From the NCBI GenBank assembly GCA_903877945.1, contig CAIRFY010000323.1, forward strand, positions 1 to 41,614: a stretch of 41,614 nt of DNA, written 5' to 3'. Each line of letters begins with the position of its first letter. Within the stretch, counting starts at the first letter, position 1. A program made the position numbers and the translations under genes. Below, piece after piece: positions 1 through 9,639 of this stretch. The notes beneath the pieces are model-generated. The model saw only the letters and a program-made list of their open reading frames with translations. It searched no databases and had not been told where the DNA came from. The stretch is from an uncultured Oscillochloris sp. GTDB taxonomy: Bacteria; Chloroflexota; Chloroflexia; Chloroflexales; Chloroflexaceae.

Positions 1-46
1 ACCCCCCCCCCCCACCCCTCTCATCAGACATCCCGCACCATTACCG

Positions 47-964
47 CTACTTTGCGCTCTGGAGCTGCCGGGCATCGCTCCCGTTAGCCGAAACCTGGCG
101 CCTGCGGCGCGAGAACGTCACCAGGATGCGGAAAACTGTCAGGAAGATCACGCTGCCGCCGCTGAACCAGTAGAACGCCTTGATCCAGGGCAGCCCGCTG
201 TCGGTGCCGCTCCAGATCCCGTGGACGAGCGCCAGGGCGAACATCACAAAGCTGAGGAAGTGGATGAACTTCCATGCAGTGCGCCCGATCTGCCCCTTCA
301 GGTAGAAGCTCATGCCGACGATGACCATGATGTAGAAACCCACCTGACCAAGACCGACCCAAACTGGGTTATAACCCTCGTAGGCGAAGGGAATAAGCAC
401 CTGTCGCAGGTTGGCCTGGATGTAGGCATCGCCCATCAGGATGAGCGCGTGGAAGAGGGCGAAGGCCAGACCGAGCAGGCTAGCGTGCTGGTGTAGGTCG
501 AAGGTGACTGGCCCACCCGGCCACGCCCGGGCCACCCGGCTCGTCATCAGCAGGCCGAAGACCATGGAGAGCCAAAGCAGCCCGTAGGCCACCATTGCAC
601 TGCTGCGCGAAATGTACCAGTACGCTTTGGGTTCACCGCCGAGAAGTGAGGAACTCAGGCCCGGTAGCCAGGTGGGCAGGGCCACGACGGCGGCGAAGAC
701 GCCGACACCGACGGCAATCAGGGAGAGCAGCAGGGTATGAAATGGCATTGCCGGCAAGCTGTCCAGATCGTAGTCGGCTGGTACAGCAGCAGCCCGGATC
801 GGAGCCGGGGCAGCGACCTTCGCAGCGCGGGTGGCGTCCAAGCGGGCGGCTTTCTCGCCGCTGTTGGCAGGGGTGGGGGTCTGGCTAGGTGCCGGGGCGG
901 GAGTCTGCTCGGTGGCCTTCGCGGCGCGGATGGCGTCCAAGCGGGCGGCTTTCTCGTCGCTCAT
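47..964 (-). CDS. Ferric reductase-like (MsrQ/YedZ-like) transmembrane heme-b protein with low-complexity N-terminus
   Basis: WYISRSSAMVAY, DLHQHAS, FALFHAL, WKFIHFLSF, LVHGIWSGTD: conserved His ligands in about 6-7 TM helices. RBS aaggag upstream (ctcctt at ~973-978). Confidence 0.8.
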   Translation of the reverse strand: MSDEKAARLDAIRAAKATEQTPAPAPSQTPTPANSGEKAARLDATRAAKVAAPAPIRAAAVPADYDLDSLPAMPFHTLLLSLIAVGVGVFAAVVALPTWLPGLSSSLLGGEPKAYWYISRSSAMVAYGLLWLSMVFGLLMTSRVARAWPGGPVTFDLHQHASLLGLAFALFHALILMGDAYIQANLRQVLIPFAYEGYNPVWVGLGQVGFYIMVIVGMSFYLKGQIGRTAWKFIHFLSFVMFALALVHGIWSGTDSGLPWIKAFYWFSGGSVIFLTVFRILVTFSRRRRQVSANGSDARQLQSAK

Positions 965-1080
965 GGTCGTGCTCCTTAACAGTTAGGGCTGTTGCCCTAA
1001 AACCCTGCATCTTCCAGTTGGTTGACATTGTCGATCTCGCTGACGATGCCAACCAACTATCGATCCCTAAGGTGCTGGCT

Positions 1081-1695
1081 CTACCTCGATGACTTGGTTT
1101 TAGCCACAGGCTTCGCGGGCGCAGGCTTCGGCTTCGCGGCCGCAGGCTTTGCAGGCGCAGGCGCAGGCTTTGCAGGCGGCGGCGCAGCGGGCCGTGCGGT
1201 CGGCGCGGGCGGCGGGGCCACCGAGCGAAGGGCCGGGGCCGGTTCCGCCGGGGCGGGTGCTGCCGGGGCTGGGGCCGCCTCTGCCGGGGCTGGGGCCGCC
1301 TCTGCCGGGGCTGGGGCCGCCTCTGCCGGGGCTGGGGCTGCCTCTGCCGGGGCGGCGGCCGCACGTGCGGCGGGCATAGGTGGAACGACGATGTGGTGCG
1401 GGCGGGCGGCTACCAGCGCGGGAGCCTCTCCAACCGGCTGCACGGTGGCCACCGCAGGGATGGCCGGGATGTTCGGATCCTGGCGCAACCACGCCGGGGG
1501 CGGTGCCATCACAATGACCGGGGCCGCCTGCTCGACTTCTGTTGATACATCGACGCTGGCCTGGGCGACCGGGGCGGGCGTATTGATGCTGAGCGTGGCC
1601 CATCCGGCCAGGGTAGCGGCCAGCGAGGCAGTCGTAACCAGAGCCTTCACGCCAGGGGCACCCTTCGGACGGACAATGTTGCGGTCGGTGGTCAT
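1081..1695 (-). CDS. Membrane-anchored or exported Pro/Ala-rich protein (204 aa, MTTDRN...VAKTKSSR)
   Basis: ATG at 1695 preceded by aaaggag. Hydrophobic N-terminal segment, then (APAEAAP)n repeats. The longer 324-aa ORF call overlaps the upstream gene's repeats. Confidence 0.7.
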   Translation of the reverse strand: MTTDRNIVRPKGAPGVKALVTTASLAATLAGWATLSINTPAPVAQASVDVSTEVEQAAPVIVMAPPPAWLRQDPNIPAIPAVATVQPVGEAPALVAARPHHIVVPPMPAARAAAAPAEAAPAPAEAAPAPAEAAPAPAEAAPAPAAPAPAEPAPALRSVAPPPAPTARPAAPPPAKPAPAPAKPAAAKPKPAPAKPVAKTKSSR

Positions 1696-1786
1696 ATGAG
1701 ACGCTCCTTTGTTGATGTTAGTTCGGGTGAGATGGGGGGGCGCAACCTGCTGCGCCCCTCGTGTGTTTCTGTGTTGCGTGATGGAG

Positions 1787-2905
1787 CTAGTCGTCGTGCT
1801 CGCCGCCCTTGTGCTCGCCGCCCTCGCTCTTGTGCTCGCCGCCCTCGCTCTTGTGCTCACCGCCCTCGCTCTTGTTCTCGCCGCCCTCGCGCTCGCCACC
1901 GCCGCTGCTGCTGCCGCCGCTGCTGCCGCCGCTGCTGCCGCCGCTGCTGCCGCCGCTGCTGCCGCCGCTGCTGCCGGCATTCTGGCTCGTGTTAGTGCGG
2001 ATCTCGGCGTAGACAACCACCCCGGTGACGGCATCAACATAGACCTTGCTATCATCGTCGAACTGCACCTGGTAAGTCTTCGCGCCGTTATCGTCCTGTA
2101 GATTGACGCTCTTCACCGTGCCGCCGCCGATATATGCCTGGGCGGACTGGATGGCCTGATCCTGGCTGACGAGCTGCGGGGCCGCCGCGCCATTCGCCAT
2201 CACCGCGCCGGTCTGGGCGTTCACGTAGACATTACCCTTATCGAGAACGACCTCGTAGGCCGGCGTGCCTTCAAAGTTCACCACCTCGGGCGTCTTCGTC
2301 AGGTTCGCGCCAGGTGCCGCCACGCCAAGGGCGATCCCTGCGGCCTGATCAGGCGAGATGGCGTAGGTCGGTGCCGCCACCGCTGCGGCGGGTGCGGGTG
2401 CAGGTGCAGGTGCAGGTGCGGGGACAGAGACTGCCACCGGGGCCGCGACCCGGGCCGCCTGAGCCTGAGCCTGAGCATGAACTACCTGAGCCTGAGCCTG
2501 AGCCGCCTGCGCCGCCGCCTGATTCACTGCGTCCTGGGCCGCCACCTGGGCTGCATCCTGGGCCGCCTGGCTCTGATTGAACTGGTCGGCTATCTGCTGT
2601 CGGCTCTGCTCTAAGGTACTAATCTGGCCGTTGGCCTGAGAAATCTGACTGTTAGCCTGGCTCAGCCGGTTGTTCGCCTCGGCCAGAGCCTGCTGGTAGG
2701 CCGTCTCGCGTTCCTTGACTATCGCCTCGACCGTGGGATCGAGGGAGACAATTGCGGTGGGCGGGGGTGCGTCAGTCGGAACAACGACCGTTGCTGTAGT
2801 CCCAAGGCTTGCAAAGGTGGAGAGCCGACTGGCAAGCCCACCCACAAGTACTAGAACAAAGGCGGTGAGTGCGGCTGCAATCATAAGGGCGCTACGCTGG
2901 TTCAT
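1787..2905 (-). CDS. Membrane-anchored protein with coiled coil and two PepSY domains
   Basis: ISPDQAAGIAL...AYEVVLDKGNVYVNAQTGAV and VSQDQAIQSA...YQVQFDDDSKVYVDAVTGVV. N-terminal TM. RBS gaggag. C-terminal GGSS and KSEGGEH repeats. Confidence 0.85.
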   Translation of the reverse strand: MNQRSALMIAAALTAFVLVLVGGLASRLSTFASLGTTATVVVPTDAPPPTAIVSLDPTVEAIVKERETAYQQALAEANNRLSQANSQISQANGQISTLEQSRQQIADQFNQSQAAQDAAQVAAQDAVNQAAAQAAQAQAQVVHAQAQAQAARVAAPVAVSVPAPAPAPAPAPAAAVAAPTYAISPDQAAGIALGVAAPGANLTKTPEVVNFEGTPAYEVVLDKGNVYVNAQTGAVMANGAAAPQLVSQDQAIQSAQAYIGGGTVKSVNLQDDNGAKTYQVQFDDDSKVYVDAVTGVVVYAEIRTNTSQNAGSSGGSSGGSSGGSSGGSSGGSSSGGGEREGGENKSEGGEHKSEGGEHKSEGGEHKGGEHDD

Positions 2906-2971
2906 CGGTGTACTCCTCAGTGCTAGATGTTATCGGCTGGTTCGCCAGTGCTTCGGCGTTACGTTCGTGTT

Positions 2972-3058
2972 GATATGACAATCATATCGTTTGTTTCTAA
3001 GAAACGTTTTAACCTTAGTGCCGAATCTTCCAAGATTTACTTAAGAATGTTCAGGAAA
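2972..3058. promoter_or_regulatory. Candidate promoter/operator of the PepSY operon
   Basis: Perfect palindrome GATATGA-caa-TCATATC (2972-2988) overlapping a minus-strand TATGAT; palindrome GTTTCT-a-AGAAAC (2993-3005); loosely repeated (t/c)a(a/g)ga(a/t) motifs at about 11-bp spacing (3030-3058). Confidence 0.35.
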
Positions 3059-3240
3059 GATGAAGAGAGGGGTGCCGATCCGACCCTCATTTACCGTACG
3101 CCCCCTGACAACAATTTCTTAAAATCGCCTAGGAATAATGCGCTCCGGCTCAAAGGGTGCTCTTATAGAGATGTGCTACCATGCATGTATGTGTCATTCG
3201 GATAAGGTTACAGAAGGGCGATCTTCGCATGACGGTTTGG

Positions 3241-3298
3241 CGAGGACGCGAGGACGCGAGGACGCGAGGACGCGAGGACGTGAGGACGCGAGGACGCG
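3241..3298. repeat. 8-bp tandem repeat (CGAGGACG) x about 7
   Basis: Read directly; followed by partly complementary cctcgt repeats at ~3308-3330. Confidence 0.9.
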
Positions 3299-3401
3299 GT
3301 GGCATCGCCTCGTCACCTCGTTGCCTCGTCGCCAAACTGTAAAGCTAGAATGACCGAATCTGAACCCAATACTTTTCAAATAAGGAGTCTGTCGCGCTCA
3401 G

Positions 3402-3512
3402 CCCTCACCCCCCCAGCCCCCTCTCCCTGAACGGGAGAGGGGGAGCCGGAGGCGTCCTGTTGAGGAATCTCCCCTCTCCCCGTGAGGGAGAGGGGCAGGG
3501 GGTGAGGGGGCA
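3402..3512. repeat. ~110-bp palindromic MITE/REP-like element, copy 1
   Basis: ccctcaccc...ccctctccc-N-gggagaggg...gggtgaggg; near reverse complement of 21286-21394. Confidence 0.85.
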
Positions 3513-3574
3513 AGGTCGGCTTATTCGAAAAGTATTGGATCTGAACCTTGTCCCAGCAAGAAATATGGTGACGT

Positions 3575-4258
3575 ATGCGCGTGCTGATCATTGAAGACGA
3601 CCAGCGACTGGCCCGCCTGATGGCCCGTGTGCTGTCCGAGGAACACTACACGATTGAGGTTGCCCACGATGGTGAGGAGGGCCTCGATCAGGCACTCCAG
3701 GGTATCCACGAGGTGGTGATTGTGGACTGGATGCTGCCGGGTCGCGACGGGCCGGCGATCTGTCGGGCCATTCGCTCGGCCCGCCTGCCGATTGCTCTGT
3801 TGCTGCTCACCGCCCGTGGCCAGTTGGAGGATCGGGTGATCGGCCTGGATAGCGGGGCCGATGACTATCTCGTGAAGCCGTTCGCCTTCGAGGAGTTGCT
3901 GGCTCGCGTGCGCGCCCTCAGCCGACGCTTTGCCCCGCCGGGCAGTGAGCCGTCGGAGTTGCGTATCGGCAACCTGGTACTCGACATGCGCAGCCACACG
4001 GCGCGCCGTGGCGTTCGCTCCCTCGACCTGACGCCCACCGAGTGGAACCTGCTTGAGTATCTGATGCGTAACGTCAGCCTCAGCCTGTCTCGCCAGCAGA
4101 TTCTGGACTATGTGTGGTCGTATGACCACGATGTCCAGATCGCCCTGGTGGATGTCTATATCTCGTACCTGCGACGTAAGCTAAATGCGCCCGGCGAGCG
4201 TGACCCGATTGTCACCGTGCGCGGGGTGGGCTACCGGCTAGAGGCCGACCGTGTTTAA
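3575..4258 (+). CDS. OmpR/PhoB-family response regulator
   Basis: REC domain (IIEDD, VDWMLP, GADDYLVKPF) plus winged helix (LTPTEWNLL, VDVYISYLRRKL, TVRGVGY). Confidence 0.95.
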   Translation: MRVLIIEDDQRLARLMARVLSEEHYTIEVAHDGEEGLDQALQGIHEVVIVDWMLPGRDGPAICRAIRSARLPIALLLLTARGQLEDRVIGLDSGADDYLVKPFAFEELLARVRALSRRFAPPGSEPSELRIGNLVLDMRSHTARRGVRSLDLTPTEWNLLEYLMRNVSLSLSRQQILDYVWSYDHDVQIALVDVYISYLRRKLNAPGERDPIVTVRGVGYRLEADRV

Positions 4259-5813
4259 GGGCTTGCGTCTTCAGATGACCATGCTCTACACGCTGGCGGC
4301 CCTGGCGCTGATTGTGCTGGTGGGCGGCGGCGGCTACGTGATCGTTGAACGCTACTTTCAAGATGTCACCGACCTGGCCCTCCAGCATAAAATGACTCAC
4401 GAGTTTCATAGTCTGGCCGCACCCATTCCTGTCAATCTGCTTCCTGCTGATCGCGACTGGTCGATCTTGCGCGATAACGCGGCCCCGCTTAGTGGCCCGA
4501 AATCGAACCAGATGCCGATCAATCGCGATACGGCCATCGCCGCCGCCGTCACTGCCCACGGCAACGGCTCGGCGATTGAGGAAGTGAAGATAGCCGACGA
4601 TACTGGTCAGTATGCTTATGAGGTGAAGTTCGCGAACGGCGACGAGATCTATATCGATGCGTATACCGGGCAGGTGATTCACATTAAGCTGTACGGTAAC
4701 GATGCGCCGGTTTCTCCTACGACCCCGCCGATTGATCCGATCGCACGCTTCAGTGAGTCGGCCTATGACGCCGAACTGGCAGCGATTTTTGTACTCCCCC
4801 TGGACACGAGCGGTCGTCTACTCTTCGACCCGAACCCGTATGCTCCGCCGTTGATACCCGACAGAGACGCGCTCCGTATCGCCCTAGAACAGGGCCGCGA
4901 TCTGCGCACGATTATTAACGCCGACGGCAGCCGCACGCGGTTACTCACCTATCGGATGACCCGCAGTGACGGCCCGGCGGCACTACAGCTTGGCCGGATG
5001 CTCAGTGACCAGGAACACGTGTTGAACGAACTGCTGCTGGTGCTGCTGGCCCTCAGCGGGGTGAGTGTCATGTTGCTAGGGGTGGGAAGTTGGTGGCTCG
5101 CCGGTCGTGCGCTCGCCCCGGCCCAGGATGCCTGGGAGCGCCAGCAGTCATTTATCGCCAGCGCCAGCCACGAACTGCGCACGCCGCTCACGCTGATGCG
5201 CGCCAGCGCCGAGGTGGCGATCCGCTCTGTCCCCGAGTCGAACGTTGATCAGCGTGAGTTGCTCGGCGATGTACTGAGTGAGGCCGACCATATGCGTCGG
5301 CTGGTGGACGATCTGCTCATGCTCTCGCGGCTCGATAGCGGACGGCTCAAGCTTGAACGCAACCCGGTGGGTCTGTCCGAGCTGCTGGGCGACATCCAGC
5401 GCCAAATGAGCCGGATCAGCGAGTCGCGCCGGATTACGATTGCCCTCGGCCACGTCTCTGGCGTCGCGATGGCCGACGCCGACCGGCTGCGGCAGGTGAT
5501 GATCATTCTGCTCGATAACGCCCTGCGCTACACGCCGGACGACGGCAAGATCACAATCAGCGCCGATGTACACAGTGCGACGGTGCAGATCCATGTGGCC
5601 GATAACGGGAGCGGCATCCCGCCACAGCACCTGCCGCATGTCTTCGAGCGGTTCTACCGCGCCGACGAGGCCCGTGGCGTCTCGGGCAACGCGGGCCTGG
5701 GCCTGCCAATTGCCAAGGGGCTGATTGAGGCCCAGCACGGCAAGATCGGGATCGCCAGCACGTTCGGCGAGGGTACGACGGTCACGCTCACGCTCGATGT
5801 TGCGACGGTGTAG
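4251..5813 (+). CDS. Sensor histidine kinase with extracytoplasmic PepSY domain
   Basis: Two TMs; ASHELRTPL H-box; LLDNALRY, DNGSGIP, FERFYR, GLGLPI; PepSY-like AYEVKFANGDEIYIDAYTGQV. GTG start overlaps the RR stop. Confidence 0.92.
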   Translation: MFKGLRLQMTMLYTLAALALIVLVGGGGYVIVERYFQDVTDLALQHKMTHEFHSLAAPIPVNLLPADRDWSILRDNAAPLSGPKSNQMPINRDTAIAAAVTAHGNGSAIEEVKIADDTGQYAYEVKFANGDEIYIDAYTGQVIHIKLYGNDAPVSPTTPPIDPIARFSESAYDAELAAIFVLPLDTSGRLLFDPNPYAPPLIPDRDALRIALEQGRDLRTIINADGSRTRLLTYRMTRSDGPAALQLGRMLSDQEHVLNELLLVLLALSGVSVMLLGVGSWWLAGRALAPAQDAWERQQSFIASASHELRTPLTLMRASAEVAIRSVPESNVDQRELLGDVLSEADHMRRLVDDLLMLSRLDSGRLKLERNPVGLSELLGDIQRQMSRISESRRITIALGHVSGVAMADADRLRQVMIILLDNALRYTPDDGKITISADVHSATVQIHVADNGSGIPPQHLPHVFERFYRADEARGVSGNAGLGLPIAKGLIEAQHGKIGIASTFGEGTTVTLTLDVATV

Positions 5814-5852
5814 CGGGGCGAAGCAGCGTCTATAGTGGGTGTCGCAAACTCG

Positions 5853-5861
5853 TGCTATAAT
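5853..5861 (+). promoter_or_regulatory. Extended -10 element (TGnTATAAT) upstream of the defence-like operon
   Basis: tgctataat about 50 nt upstream of ATG 5911. Confidence 0.5.
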
Positions 5862-5910
5862 CCGGCATCCGCCGACTCTTCCTTGATTTCTGATATTGTC
5901 TACGCTTACT

Positions 5911-8900
5911 ATGCTCACCATAAACCCTAACTCCCGTGCCGCAGATGTCAAGTACGAGCCATTCCGGCCTGCCCTTCAGGAGCGGTTTCTCTCGCGTTTC
6001 TACCAAGTCTCGCGTGAACTGGTATTCCAGGCCGAGCAGCAGCGCGAAGATACGATCCGTGAGGAGGTAACCTGGGCGTTTGTAATCCGTGGTAATCCTC
6101 GTCAGCAAGCTATCTACCGAGCAGTGTGGCTACTTTTGCGCGACTTGTTGCGGGTTGGGTGGGGGCTTCGTTGGAATGACGATACCTCTACGCTAGAAAT
6201 TACACCACCTCCAGCCTATGAAAAGCCACGAAGTCAGGATGATATTCAAATCCACAAGCAAATGCGTCGGAATACGATGTCGCCTGAACGGCATACGCGG
6301 ATTATCCAAGCCAAAGACTTTATACAGCGCATGGAGTCTCCCCCAAAGGGGATGCCGATTACATCCCTTATAGCTGACGGTGAGGCACTGGCTCATGATT
6401 TACAAAACGTCTGCCAATTACGAGATAAAATCGCACGCGCTGAGGCTATGCGTCAGCTTGTGCGTCCCTATCTTCAACTCGTAGAGGAAAATATCCGATG
6501 TGCCTATACCGGGCTGCTTCTCGGTGATATTTGGCGCTACTTTCGTTTGACGTGGGCGTCACCAGTCTATACGACTCCTGGTCGCAGCCTGTTTTACCTA
6601 ATCCGTGACAAGGCTCGCCCCAATCATCCGGTTATGGGGATTGCGTCTCTTGAGAATGCGCCTATTTATATTGGCGACCGTGATCAGCACATTGGTTGGA
6701 CGCCAGATTCTTTTGTGAATGATCTCCTGGTTGGGGCAGATCGTGATCATGCGGTTCCAGTTGATACGGAGATTGTTCGGGGTGCGTTTGATCGGTTGCT
6801 CAACAATATCCGGCGTGCATTGAACGACATCAGTATTGATGGACTTTGCACGCACGATGAGTTGGCCCATCCTACTTCTGAGCTTGTTCAGCAGCTTAGC
6901 GCTCAGGCTGCGCAATTCGCCCAGGATCGCCAAGATGCGTTGCGTGAGTGGAAAATTTATAGCGATCAGCCTGAAAAGGCGACGGATACCGGCCTTCAAC
7001 GCAGCGCCTACGGCAATATCAGCGAGCAGGCGTACCTCTTGTTGTTTCAAAAAAAACGTGCGACTGAGCTTGCGCGTTTGCTTGGCGCACAGATTGCGAT
7101 TGAGCAACTTCTGGCCCGCGCTGATTTTGCCCAGACATGGCAACCTTGGGCAGAGACCGAACGGGGCAAGGCGGCCATTCGTAATGGCTTAGTGGCGATC
7201 AAAAATCAGCATGTTGGCACGAGTATCCTAGAGCTTAATATCTGTGGGGCGGTGCCCCCCTATAACCACCTGCTGGGTGGTAAGCTTACCGCACTCCTGA
7301 TGTGTTCGCCGCAGGTGGTCGCTGACTATAAGCGCAGATATGGCCGTTCACGTAGCGAGATTGCCTCGCAGTTGAAAGGCGAGGATGTTGTTCGGCCCGC
7401 AGACCTCGTCTACATCGGAACAACCGCACTCTATACCGCAGGATCAAGCCAGTATAATCGCCTGCGCTTGCCTGCTGGCTTATTAAGCGCGGAGGCATCT
7501 GAAACACCGATTGAATATATTGGAGCCACGCTCGGCTATGGGACGTCACATATCAGCGATGCGACCACTGCTGCGCTTGAGGAGGCGGTCGGCGACGATT
7601 TCCTTCAGGTGAACCATGTTCTTGGCGAGGGTGTCAGTCCGAAGATGCGGATCATCCGGCGCGGCCTTGATGCGATTTTTCGTGAGGGGCAACGAATTCT
7701 CTCTGATCAAATCTCTAAGCATCAGATGAGTCGTCTTGTCTATGGCGTTTTCCTGGCGAAAAATGGCAAGGAATACTTGCAAGGAAAAGCCGACCAGCCC
7801 CAATATATCTGGGAGACTGCGCTTGATCCGCACGAAGGAACCGAGCGGATTGCCGAATTTTGGCGCACCCGCTGGCTTGATGCGCGGATTGCCTTTGCGC
7901 CGGTCATGGATCGTCTGCGCCAGTTTCGCCCCGAAACACTGCTCCTATCACCGGAATTGACTGAAAAAGACGGGTTCGATTGGGCCTACAAGCTCTTCAA
8001 GGTGAAGTCGGCGTCTGAGCCAACGGACGTCGTCTCTCCGCTTGCGGATACCCGCACGATCTCGCCTGATGAAGCCCAACGCCGACTTGTTCGCAATCTC
8101 TATCGCGGTACAACTGGTTTTGCTGATGGTGTTCCGCTTGAGGATTTACAGCGACTCCACGCAACGACCGACCTTGACACGGTGATCCGAGCGCATATTC
8201 AGGCAAAACGCAGCGTGGTTCTAACTGGTAATCCTGGTGATGGCAAGACCCATCTGCTACGCATACTGGAGCAGGATATTGCCGCCCTGGGGGCGGTGGT
8301 TGAGCCAGACGCAAGCGCGGTGCTGAATGAAGAAATTATCGCGCATTGGCGCACAGCTCATGATGTCGGCAAGCCCTACTTTATCGCGATTAATGAGTCG
8401 GTGCTCTTTAATCTTGCTCAGGCACACCCGGAATTTGAGCCGCTCCAGTCCGCGTGGCGGCAGGTTACTGCGGCGCTCACGTATGATGCCACTCCATCAG
8501 CAGTGTCCGTAGGCGATGTGGTGGTGCTTGACCTAAGCCACCGGAATACGCTCGACGAGTCGCTGGTCAACGCAATCATCGCACAGCTTACCGATGTGAG
8601 GATGCTTCCGCGCTGTGCCCAGTGCCCTAGTGCTGGCTGCGATATGGTGCGTGGTCAGACCATCCTGCGTGAGCCGTTGGTTCGCAAACGCTTGCAAGCG
8701 ATCTTCGACCGCATGACCCGCCGTGGTATCCATGTCACCATGCGCGATCTCCAGTCATTTGTTGCGTATCTGCTGTTTGCAGATCGGGATTGCACCGATC
8801 TCTTGCGGGAGAGTGATGTGGCTGCGCTGGCCCTGCCCCAACTGCCCTATAAAGGCCACGGGCCGCTCTTTGATGCCGTGCGCCGTGTCTTTGACCCGGC

Positions 8901-9639
8901 CAGCGTCTGCCATCCGGTCTATGATGAACATCTGATCAACAATACGCTGCCCCTTGATGGGTGGCTCTCGGCTGATGTTGCTCCCGGCGGATCACTTGAT
9001 GTAAGCGCGACCAAGCTCTTTGAGCAGCGCAAGCGCACCTTCTACTTCTATCACCAGTATGGCGATGCACTCCTGACGATGGCGGGCGATGACGAGCAGG
9101 CATTTGAGGCGTTCCTCCAGGAGACGGATCTGCGGGTTGCGCTCCGCCAAGTCATGAAGAAGTTGGCGGCTTTTTTTGGCCGCGCTACCGAGAGCGATCA
9201 GTTACCAGTCTGGCAGAGCCACCGCTACGACCAGAGCGCTCAGCGCATCCTCTACGCGGTGCAGTCCCGACATCGCCGTGAGTTCGCGCTGCTGCGCCCA
9301 CACCTCTCGTCTCATATGAATGCCGCCTTCAGGCTGGCTGATGATCATCGCCTGCTGCGCTTTACCCGCAACCCCCAAGCCAGCCTGCGGGTTGACTACC
9401 CCCTGTTTCGCCTGCTGCACCAGGCTGAGCGTGGAGTGCCTGCCCTGCTGCTTCAACCAGATGCAACGCGGCGCGTATGGCAGTTCCTCGAACAACTGAC
9501 GGATCAGAATGCCCCCCTTGACGACGAGGTCACTGTTCAGATTCTTGATCCAATGACGGGAGAATACTTGGAAGTGACGGTAGACCAACAGATGAAGACG
9601 TATGTGTCAATTACAGGCAAGGAGGGTCGCCGTGTTTGA
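5911..9639 (+). CDS. DruA (DUF4338)-like domain fused to a DptF/MAD6-C-terminal-like P-loop ATPase (alternative TTG start at 5896)
   Basis: DruA-type motifs PGRSLFYLIRD...VMGIASL, CGAVPPYNHLLGGKL, TTALY..SSQYNRL, GATLGYG, GEGVSPKMR. C-terminal Walker A LTGNPGDGKT, IAINE, CxxC-x4-C, HVTMRDL. Confidence 0.75.
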   Translation: MLTINPNSRAADVKYEPFRPALQERFLSRFYQVSRELVFQAEQQREDTIREEVTWAFVIRGNPRQQAIYRAVWLLLRDLLRVGWGLRWNDDTSTLEITPPPAYEKPRSQDDIQIHKQMRRNTMSPERHTRIIQAKDFIQRMESPPKGMPITSLIADGEALAHDLQNVCQLRDKIARAEAMRQLVRPYLQLVEENIRCAYTGLLLGDIWRYFRLTWASPVYTTPGRSLFYLIRDKARPNHPVMGIASLENAPIYIGDRDQHIGWTPDSFVNDLLVGADRDHAVPVDTEIVRGAFDRLLNNIRRALNDISIDGLCTHDELAHPTSELVQQLSAQAAQFAQDRQDALREWKIYSDQPEKATDTGLQRSAYGNISEQAYLLLFQKKRATELARLLGAQIAIEQLLARADFAQTWQPWAETERGKAAIRNGLVAIKNQHVGTSILELNICGAVPPYNHLLGGKLTALLMCSPQVVADYKRRYGRSRSEIASQLKGEDVVRPADLVYIGTTALYTAGSSQYNRLRLPAGLLSAEASETPIEYIGATLGYGTSHISDATTAALEEAVGDDFLQVNHVLGEGVSPKMRIIRRGLDAIFREGQRILSDQISKHQMSRLVYGVFLAKNGKEYLQGKADQPQYIWETALDPHEGTERIAEFWRTRWLDARIAFAPVMDRLRQFRPETLLLSPELTEKDGFDWAYKLFKVKSASEPTDVVSPLADTRTISPDEAQRRLVRNLYRGTTGFADGVPLEDLQRLHATTDLDTVIRAHIQAKRSVVLTGNPGDGKTHLLRILEQDIAALGAVVEPDASAVLNEEIIAHWRTAHDVGKPYFIAINESVLFNLAQAHPEFEPLQSAWRQVTAALTYDATPSAVSVGDVVVLDLSHRNTLDESLVNAIIAQLTDVRMLPRCAQCPSAGCDMVRGQTILREPLVRKRLQAIFDRMTRRGIHVTMRDLQSFVAYLLFADRDCTDLLRESDVAALALPQLPYKGHGPLFDAVRRVFDPASVCHPVYDEHLINNTLPLDGWLSADVAPGGSLDVSATKLFEQRKRTFYFYHQYGDALLTMAGDDEQAFEAFLQETDLRVALRQVMKKLAAFFGRATESDQLPVWQSHRYDQSAQRILYAVQSRHRREFALLRPHLSSHMNAAFRLADDHRLLRFTRNPQASLRVDYPLFRLLHQAERGVPALLLQPDATRRVWQFLEQLTDQNAPLDDEVTVQILDPMTGEYLEVTVDQQMKTYVSITGKEGRRV

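Noticed and set aside
817-956. ~40-bp direct repeat in the ferric-reductase gene as a mobile-element scar
   Set aside because: In-frame duplication of EKAARLDAxRAAK within a low-complexity N-terminus.
1696-2101. Poly-Ala, Cys-Arg and Pro-Leu ORFs and the 324-aa extension
   Set aside because: Alternate-frame readings of the GGSS and KSEGGEH repeats of the PepSY gene.
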